Origin: Gemmatimonadales bacterium
GTDB lineage: Bacteria; Gemmatimonadota; Gemmatimonadetes; Gemmatimonadales; GWC2-71-9
Direction of reading: 5' to 3'
Length of the DNA stretch: 64,000 nt
Assembly (NCBI GenBank): GCA_035505915.1
Contig: DATJQI010000078.1
Coordinates: 3,158 to 67,157, forward strand
Positions 58,269-64,000 of the stretch are shown piece by piece (the stretch's first letter is position 1; each line of letters starts with the position of its first letter). A program made the translations under genes and the position numbers. The notes beneath the pieces were generated by a model that was not told where the DNA came from, did no database searches, and saw only the letters and a program-made list of their open reading frames with translations.

Positions 58269-59122
58269 CGGACCATCAGGGGCTCGCTCTCGAGCTCGGC
58301 GGCGGCGACGCCCTCGAGCTCGCGCAGGAGCGCCGTGACCTCCGCGGGGGACAGGCGGCAGAACCACCGGTCGGCGCGCGCTTCGATGCTGGGGAGCCCG
58401 CAGCCGCGGACGGTGCGCGCGATGATCACGCTGGGACCGCCGCCGGCGAACGGGAGGTCGGAGAACGCGCGGTCGATCTCGTCGAAGTCGTGTCCGTCCA
58501 CGGTGCGCACCGCGCAGCCGAACGCGGCGAACTTGTCGGTGAGCGGCTCGAGCGGGATCAGCTCTTCGGTCCGCACGTTGGCCTGAAAGCCGTTCCGGTC
58601 CACCAGCAGCGTGAGGTTGGTCAGCCCCTGCGCCCGGGCTACGAGAAGCCCTTCCCAGATGGATCCCTCGTCCAGCTCGCCGTCCCCCAGGAGCACCACC
58701 ACCCGGCTGCGGCCGTGCGAGAGCCGGACGTCGTAGGCGATGCCCATCCCCACTGAGAGCAGATGCCCCAGCGACCCCGAGTGGAACTCGACGCCCGGGA
58801 TGGCCCGGTTGGGGTGCCAGTAGAGGTGATCGCGCGGCGACAGGTGATTGGCGAGGCGCTGACGGGAGATGAAATCCAGCTCGGCCAGCGTGCCGTACAG
58901 GGCGGGCACGTCGTGACCCTTGGAGAGCAGGAGGTAGTCGCGCTCGCGGTCATCGAGCCGACGCGGGTCCACCCGCAGGAAGTGACGGTAGAGATAGACC
59001 ACCAGGTCCGCGCAGGAGAGGGACGCGCCGAGGAAGCAGCCCCCGCCCCCGGCCATCCGGACGGCGTGGCGCCGGACCTCCCGGGCGATGGCCTGAAGCT
59101 CCCGGCGCTGGGCGTCGTTCAC
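58265..59122 (-). CDS. Transketolase family, N-terminal (TPP-binding) subunit
   Basis: GGCFLGASLSCADLVVYLY...LLSKGHDVPALY...GSLGHLLSVGMGIA...LLGDGELDEGSIWE. GTGA overlap upstream. Confidence 0.8.
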   Translation of the reverse strand: MNDAQRRELQAIAREVRRHAVRMAGGGGCFLGASLSCADLVVYLYRHFLRVDPRRLDDRERDYLLLSKGHDVPALYGTLAELDFISRQRLANHLSPRDHLYWHPNRAIPGVEFHSGSLGHLLSVGMGIAYDVRLSHGRSRVVVLLGDGELDEGSIWEGLLVARAQGLTNLTLLVDRNGFQANVRTEELIPLEPLTDKFAAFGCAVRTVDGHDFDEIDRAFSDLPFAGGGPSVIIARTVRGCGLPSIEARADRWFCRLSPAEVTALLRELEGVAAAELESEPLMVR

Positions 59123-59931
59123 AGGGCCACCGCCAGCGCGCCGGCCGGGCCGTACAGGCCGGGCAGCTCTTCCAGGTGGTGCTGGTACCAGGATACGCCG
59201 CGGTGCCGGTCGTTCAGGGCCATCACGTCCGGGTTGAGGTCGAGGAACCGCCGGATGTCCCGGACCGTGTACCGGGGCCGGACATCGGCCAGCGCCGCGT
59301 CGACCCGCCGGATCACCTCGTAGTCCTCGACGAAGTCGAGGACCACCCGGTGACTCCGCGCGCAGTGCTCCCCGGTCTCCCAGGTCACGTTGCCGATCCG
59401 GAAGCGGTCGGGCTGGGTCCAGAGGAACGGCGTGGTGTGCTCGCGCTCGAACGGGCGCCGGGCCTCTTCCCACGCCGTGGCGAGGGCATCGATGCCCATC
59501 ACCTCGACGTCGAACCCGTCCGGGTAGGTGGCCGGGTGGAGATTCGACACGTAGTCGAGCGCGTGCGCGTGGGCCAGGTAGTAGGAGAGCACGCGGTCGA
59601 TCACCGCCGGGTCGATCAGGGGACAGTCGGACGGAATCTTCACGACGTGGCGCGCGCCCAGCGCCCGGGCCACCGCGTAGTGGCGGTCGAGCAGGTCGGT
59701 CGGGTGGCCCTGAAAGCAGGGCACGCCGGCCCGGCCGGCCAGCGCGACGATCTCTTCGTCCGCGGGCTCGGTCGTGGTGGCCACCACCACGGTTCCGGCC
59801 AGGCGGGCGGCGGTCACGCGCTCGAGCATCCGCTCCAGCACCGTGCTCCGCCCCAGCGGGAGCAGCACCTTCCCGGGCAGCCGGGTGGAGCCGGTGCGCG
59901 CCTGGATGACGGTGACGACGTCGCCGCTCAC
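59119..59931 (-). CDS. SpsF / CMP-sugar-synthetase-like cytidylyltransferase
   Basis: VVTVIQARTGSTRLPGKVLLPLG...VVVATT...KIPSDCPLIDP. GTGA overlap upstream. Confidence 0.7.
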   Translation of the reverse strand: MSGDVVTVIQARTGSTRLPGKVLLPLGRSTVLERMLERVTAARLAGTVVVATTTEPADEEIVALAGRAGVPCFQGHPTDLLDRHYAVARALGARHVVKIPSDCPLIDPAVIDRVLSYYLAHAHALDYVSNLHPATYPDGFDVEVMGIDALATAWEEARRPFEREHTTPFLWTQPDRFRIGNVTWETGEHCARSHRVVLDFVEDYEVIRRVDAALADVRPRYTVRDIRRFLDLNPDVMALNDRHRGVSWYQHHLEELPGLYGPAGALAVAL

Positions 59932-60926
59932 GATGCCGCCCGCCACCGGGCCTCCGCCCGGGCCTCTTCCATCACGTCCCGGCAGACGTCGGCGATCCGC
60001 CGCGCCGACGTCCCGCCGTTCTGCAGGGGGAGCAGCCGGGCGAGCTCCTGGAGGTCGAAGTACGAGTGGCATTCCTTGCCCAGGGCGAGACCGACGTAGG
60101 TGACCGACGACCACTGGGTGATGAGGACGTCGCAGTTCGCGATCATGTGGTGGACGTTGCCGTCGGCGTACACGCGGGCGTCCGGCAGGGCCCGGTGGAT
60201 CTCGCGCGTGGAGCGGCGCGCGTTCTCGTTGGGGTGGAGCTTCACGATGATCGGGCGCCCGGCGGCGATTTCGGCCACCCGGGTCCAGAAGGCGCGGCGG
60301 TGGTCGAGCTTGAACGTCTCCCGCGTGTCCGAGGTCGCCACCAGGACGTAGCCCCGGTGGGGGAAGTCGTTGTCCCGGTACGCGCGGCAGTCGTCGAAGT
60401 TCGGGATGCCGGTCACTACCAGGCGGTCGGCGGGAACGCCCTTGGAGATGAAGAGATCACGGTACCCCTCGGACGCGACGCAGAACTTCGAGTAGGCCAG
60501 GGACAGGCCGGTGGCGGCGGTGCTCGCGACCCAGCGCGGGAACCCCAGCGTCTTCACCAGCTGATAGCCGAGGTTTTCCGGGTCGGTCATGCCCTCCTGC
60601 ACGAGGACGAGCGGGCGGCCGCGGACGTTCCGCTGCACGATGAGGTCGGTGCAGGTGACGACGAGGTCATAAGGCCCCTGGTCTCCGCGCTCGTCGAGGG
60701 GGAGCCGGTGCCGGGCCAGGTACTCGTCGGTGTGCCGGCGCATCTGGCCGCCCAGGATGGTGAAGTCGAGCCATCCGTGGCGCGTGAGCCAGTGGAGGAA
60801 GCCGTCACAGTAGAAGGGGGTGAAGGAGGCGTCGACCCCTTCGAGGTTGCCGGCGATTTCGTGCATCATCGTGGTCTGGTTCAGCGACCCACAGATGAAG
60901 AGCACGCGCGGGGGGGAAGATCTCAT
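59928..60926 (-). CDS. Putative GT-B-fold glycosyl/sugar-acid transferase (family not recognised)
   Basis: Two Rossmann-like halves (VLFICGS...; YVLVATSD...IIVKLHPNEN...DVLITQWSSV). Start taken at ATG 60926 rather than the longer 60986. Confidence 0.4.
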   Translation of the reverse strand: MRSSPPRVLFICGSLNQTTMMHEIAGNLEGVDASFTPFYCDGFLHWLTRHGWLDFTILGGQMRRHTDEYLARHRLPLDERGDQGPYDLVVTCTDLIVQRNVRGRPLVLVQEGMTDPENLGYQLVKTLGFPRWVASTAATGLSLAYSKFCVASEGYRDLFISKGVPADRLVVTGIPNFDDCRAYRDNDFPHRGYVLVATSDTRETFKLDHRRAFWTRVAEIAAGRPIIVKLHPNENARRSTREIHRALPDARVYADGNVHHMIANCDVLITQWSSVTYVGLALGKECHSYFDLQELARLLPLQNGGTSARRIADVCRDVMEEARAEARWRAAS

Positions 60927-60963
60927 GCGCACGGGTGAACCTACGCCCTGGAACGCTTCGGGC

Positions 60964-60981
60964 CGTCTACGGGCGTGTAAC
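60964..60981 (-). promoter_or_regulatory. Candidate Pho box on the minus strand: GTTACAC-N4-GTAGACG upstream of the nine-gene operon
   Basis: Minus-strand heptamers start at 60981 and 60970 (11-bp phase). -10-like TAGGTT at 60943-60938. ATG at 60926. Confidence 0.45.
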
Positions 60982-61033
60982 CGCAAGGCAACGGAGACCG
61001 CCCGGTTTCGACCGGTGTTCCGCGCCCCCCTCC

Positions 61034-61051
61034 GTTACACAACCGTTACGG
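61034..61051 (+). promoter_or_regulatory. Candidate Pho box: GTTACAC-N4-GTTACGG upstream of the porin-pstS unit
   Basis: Heptamers at 61034 and 61045. -10-like TGATAT at 61068-61073. Confidence 0.5.
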
Positions 61052-61157
61052 CAATCGTCTCACTCTGTGATATGCCGGGGCGTTCATCATCCCGGCAATG
61101 ACGACCCGACCCCGTTCGCTGTTCCGCACCGTTCCATTCACCTCCTGGGAGGGAATC

Positions 61158-62240
61158 TTGAACGCCACACGTCGCCGCCTCTCGCTCGCCGCCGGCCTGC
61201 TCGCCGTGCTGGGGTGGACCGCCCCCGCGGCCGCGCAAACGCCGGCCCCCGCGCCATCACCGGTCACGGTGGGCGGCGTGGTGTACGCCCAGTATGCGTA
61301 CCAGATGACAGCGCTGAATGGCGCCACGGACACGTTCCACACGAACGCGTTCGACATCACGCGGGCGTACGTCAACGTGATCGGCCGGTTCTCGGGCGGG
61401 ATCTACACCCGCGTGACGCTGGACATCGCCCACGCGGCGGCCGCCTCGCAGACCTACCGGCTGAAGTACGCGTACGCCGGCTACACCCCGGAAGGCAGCT
61501 CGCTGACCTACAAGCTCGGCTTGATGCAGACCCCGTGGATCGACTGGGAAGAGGCCCTCTGGGACTACCGGATGCAGGGCACGACCGTGCTCGACGGCGC
61601 CGGGTACCTGTCGTCGTCGAACTTCGGCGCCGACGTCGACGGGAACATCAACAAGGAGCAGGTCGACTTCCAGGCCGGCATCTTCGACAACGCCAGCTAC
61701 AGCACGGGCCTCGGAGACGAGCGCAAGGACTTCCAGGCGCGCCTATCGGTCCGCGTCCTGAACACGGACGATCCCAGCCGGGTCGGTGGTCTCCGCGTCA
61801 CCGGCTTCGCCCAGATCGGGAAGCCCCCCACGGGCGGCACCCGCTCCCGCTTCGTCGGCATGGTGTCGTACAAGTCGAAGATGTTCACGCTCGGCGGGCT
61901 CTACGCGATGACCACCGATTCGATCACGGGCGCCGCGGCCGAGACGAAGGGTCAGGTGCTCAGCGCGTACGGCGTCTACCACTTCAGCGGGTCGCCGGTC
62001 GCCGTGATCGCACGCTTCGACCACTTCAAGCCGAACAAGGACGCGGCTTCAACGACCGTGGGCTTCACCTCCAACCACATCATCCTGGGCGCCTCGTATC
62101 AGCTGAGCCCGAATGTCCGGCTCCTCCTGGACGCCAACCTGCTGTCCGAGGCGAATGAGAGCACCCTGACGGCGGCCCAGCAGAACGCGTTCGATGCGAC
62201 GAAGTCGAACCTCATGTTCCAGACCCAGTTCACGTTCTAA
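61158..62240 (+). CDS. Phosphate-selective porin O/P-like outer-membrane protein
   Basis: TTG 61158 preceded by GGGAGGG gives the signal peptide MNATRRRLSLAAGLLAVLGWTAPAAAQ (the track ATG 61098 is the alternative). Beta-rich. C-terminal MFQTQFTF. Immediately upstream of pstS. Confidence 0.65.
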   Translation: MNATRRRLSLAAGLLAVLGWTAPAAAQTPAPAPSPVTVGGVVYAQYAYQMTALNGATDTFHTNAFDITRAYVNVIGRFSGGIYTRVTLDIAHAAAASQTYRLKYAYAGYTPEGSSLTYKLGLMQTPWIDWEEALWDYRMQGTTVLDGAGYLSSSNFGADVDGNINKEQVDFQAGIFDNASYSTGLGDERKDFQARLSVRVLNTDDPSRVGGLRVTGFAQIGKPPTGGTRSRFVGMVSYKSKMFTLGGLYAMTTDSITGAAAETKGQVLSAYGVYHFSGSPVAVIARFDHFKPNKDAASTTVGFTSNHIILGASYQLSPNVRLLLDANLLSEANESTLTAAQQNAFDATKSNLMFQTQFTF

Positions 62241-62264
62241 AAAAAACACGACCGAGGACACGAC

Positions 62265-63323
62265 ATGAAATCGAAGCTGGCCGCCGTGCTGCTCGCCGTG
62301 GGAGCGCTGTCCGCTCCCGCGGCCGCGCAGACCAAGATCACGGGTGCGGGATCGTCGTTCTCCAACATCCTGTACACCGACTGGATGCAGACGTACAACA
62401 AGGACCACGCGGACGTGCAGTTCAACTATCAGTCCATCGGGTCCGGCGCGGGCATCCGGCAGTTCTCCGACAAGACCGTGGACTTCGGCGCCTCCGACGC
62501 CCCGATGAGCGATTCGGCCATCGCGGCGATCAACGGCAACGTGCTGCACATCCCCACCGAGATGGGCGGCGTGCCGCCGACCTACAACCTGCCGGGCGTG
62601 ACCGAGCAGCTGAAGTTCACCGGTCCCGTCCTGGCGGCCATCTATCTCGGCACCATCACCAAGTGGAACGACGCCCGGATCGCCGCGGACAACCCCGGCG
62701 TGAAGCTCCCGGACATGGACATCGTCGTCGTCCATCGCTCCGACGGGTCGGGCACCAGCTTCATCTTCACCGACTATCTCTCCAAGGTCAGCCCCGACTG
62801 GGCCGCCAAGGTCGGCAAGGGCACCGCGGTGAACTGGCCGGTGGGGCTGGGCGCCAAAGGCAGTGAAGGCGTGTCGGCCACGGTCAAGCAGACGCCCGGC
62901 GCCATCGGGTACGTCGAGCTCGGCTACGCCCTGGTGAATCACCTGCCGGTGGGCGCGGTCAAGAACAAGGCGGGCAAGTTCGTCGCCGCCAGCATCGCCA
63001 GCGTCACCGCGGCCGCCGCGGGGGCGATGAAGACGATGGGCGCGAACACCGACTTCCGGGTTTCGATCACCGACCCGGACGGCGCGGACGCCTATCCGAT
63101 TTCCAGCTTCACCTGGATGCTGATCCACAAGGACTACGACGACGCCGCGAAGGCGAAGGCGATCGTCCAGTACACCTGGTGGGCGCTGACCACCGGCCAG
63201 GGCCGGTGCGGCGAGCTGGGCTACGCGCCGATTCCGAAGGCGCTGCAGGGCTGGCTCGAGGCGCGGCTCAAGACGGTAACGGCCGGCGGTCAGGCCGTGT
63301 GGAGCGGCCCGGCAGGCCGGTAA
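62265..63323 (+). CDS. pstS: Phosphate ABC transporter substrate-binding protein PstS
   Basis: Signal peptide. GAGSSFSNILYTDWMQTYN...YQSIGSGAGIRQF...VDFGASDAPMS...VVHRSDGSGTSFIFTDYL. Confidence 0.9.
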   Translation: MKSKLAAVLLAVGALSAPAAAQTKITGAGSSFSNILYTDWMQTYNKDHADVQFNYQSIGSGAGIRQFSDKTVDFGASDAPMSDSAIAAINGNVLHIPTEMGGVPPTYNLPGVTEQLKFTGPVLAAIYLGTITKWNDARIAADNPGVKLPDMDIVVVHRSDGSGTSFIFTDYLSKVSPDWAAKVGKGTAVNWPVGLGAKGSEGVSATVKQTPGAIGYVELGYALVNHLPVGAVKNKAGKFVAASIASVTAAAAGAMKTMGANTDFRVSITDPDGADAYPISSFTWMLIHKDYDDAAKAKAIVQYTWWALTTGQGRCGELGYAPIPKALQGWLEARLKTVTAGGQAVWSGPAGR

Positions 63324-63349
63324 CTCCCTCCAACCGACTGTCGGCGCTA

Positions 63350-63379
63350 CCCCCGAAGGTTGGCTTACTTCGGGGGTTT
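63350..63379 (+). terminator. Intrinsic terminator/attenuator after pstS
   Basis: CCCCCGAAG (63350-63358) / CTTCGGGGG (63368-63376), then TTT. Confidence 0.6.
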
Positions 63380-63383
63380 CGCC

Positions 63384-63423
63384 GTCACGGGGGGGTGACG
63401 CAATCGTTACACAGTCGTGATGG
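63384..63423 (+). promoter_or_regulatory. Candidate Pho-box array: GTCACGG / GTGACGC / GTTACAC / GTGATGG at exact 11-bp phase
   Basis: Heptamers start at 63384, 63395, 63406 and 63417. -10-like TAGACT at 63443-63448. pstC ATG at 63459. Confidence 0.55.
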
Positions 63424-63458
63424 TCCGGGGGACCGCTGCCGGTAGACTCTCCCGCGCG

Positions 63459-64000
63459 ATGTCCACCTCGATTCCCCAGACTCTTCCCTCCGCGAGCGCC
63501 GAGCCGATCGCCCCCATCGCCACCACCAGCACCGCTCCCCGCCCCACCCGCCGCCACTACGGGGACCGGGTGTTCAAGGGCGTCCTGACCGCGCTCGCGC
63601 TCACGCTGCCGCTGCTCCTGCTCGCGATCGTGACGGAGCTCGTGGTCAGCGCCTGGCCAGCGATCCACAAGTTCGGCCTCTCGTTCCTGTGGCGGTCCAC
63701 CTGGGACCCGGTCAACGAGGTCTACGGCGCGGCACCGATGATCTTCGGCACCGTCGTCTCCTCCCTGCTGGCGCTTGTGATCGCGGTCCCCCTGTCCCTG
63801 GGGGTCGCGATCTTCCTCACGGAGTTCGCCCCGCGCTGGATCCGGCAGCCGGTGGCGTTCCTGGTGGAGCTCCTGGCGGCCATCCCGTCCGTGGTGTACG
63901 GCCTCTGGGGGATCTACGTCCTGATTCCGCTCCTCCGGACCTACGGCGGGCCGCCGCTGCGCGCGCTGTTCGGCTGGACCCCCTTCTTCAGCGGCGTCTT
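63459..64000 (+). CDS. pstC: Phosphate ABC transporter permease PstC, N-terminal part (runs off the window)
   Basis: Not in the ORF track because no stop falls in the window. My translation: MSTSIPQTLPS...VFKGVLTALALTLPLLLLAIV...FLVELLAAIPSVVYGLWGIYVLIPLL. Confidence 0.85.
   Translation, partial: MSTSIPQTLPSASAEPIAPIATTSTAPRPTRRHYGDRVFKGVLTALALTLPLLLLAIVTELVVSAWPAIHKFGLSFLWRSTWDPVNEVYGAAPMIFGTVVSSLLALVIAVPLSLGVAIFLTEFAPRWIRQPVAFLVELLAAIPSVVYGLWGIYVLIPLLRTYGGPPLRALFGWTPFFSGV

Overview
High-GC (about two-thirds or more G+C by eye) bacterial chromosomal segment, gene-dense on both strands. Operons are packed very tightly: I count about 18 start/stop overlaps of the GTGA, ATGA or TGATG type. The gene content suggests a Gram-negative lineage such as Gemmatimonadota, but I cannot verify the taxon without a search.

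Main content:
- Two tRNAs (Asn-GTT, Lys-TTT).
- Housekeeping blocks: holB-moaC; ffh-rpsP-rimM-trmD-rplS-rnhB; ilvE; thiD.
- Two SLT-type lytic transglycosylases.
- Two PAS hybrid histidine kinases and an unusual response regulator.
- A cluster at 10.2-17.2 kb: cytochrome-b-like membrane protein, a 20-haem and a 16-haem cytochrome c, and a beta-barrel, with a divergent FeS/flavin oxidoreductase. It lies next to a covalently duplicated LysR regulator.
- A nucleotide/nucleoside scavenging operon at 33.2-39.7 kb.
- A phosphate-centred region of about 23 kb (41-64 kb): phoB-phoR; GT4/phosphodiesterase/PAP2; ppx-ppk1-(Arg-rich ORF)-CHAD; a nine-gene sugar-acid/lipid-modification operon; phosphate porin-pstS-pstC. 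A GTTACAC-type heptamer phased every 11 bp recurs in front of these units (candidate Pho boxes).

I saw no rRNA, CRISPR array, transposase, integrase or phage genes. Most very long ORFs in the track are antisense or out-of-frame artefacts of high GC, and I rejected them.

The most interesting candidates are the cytochrome/barrel conduit, the Pho-box-linked nine-gene operon, the Arg-rich ORF in the polyphosphate cluster, and several sequence-level oddities: CTGA start/stop junctions, a tRNA abutting the ilvE start codon, mirrored G-quadruplex motifs, and a 160-bp AT-rich island.

All functional calls come from motif recognition by eye and need HMM or BLAST confirmation.
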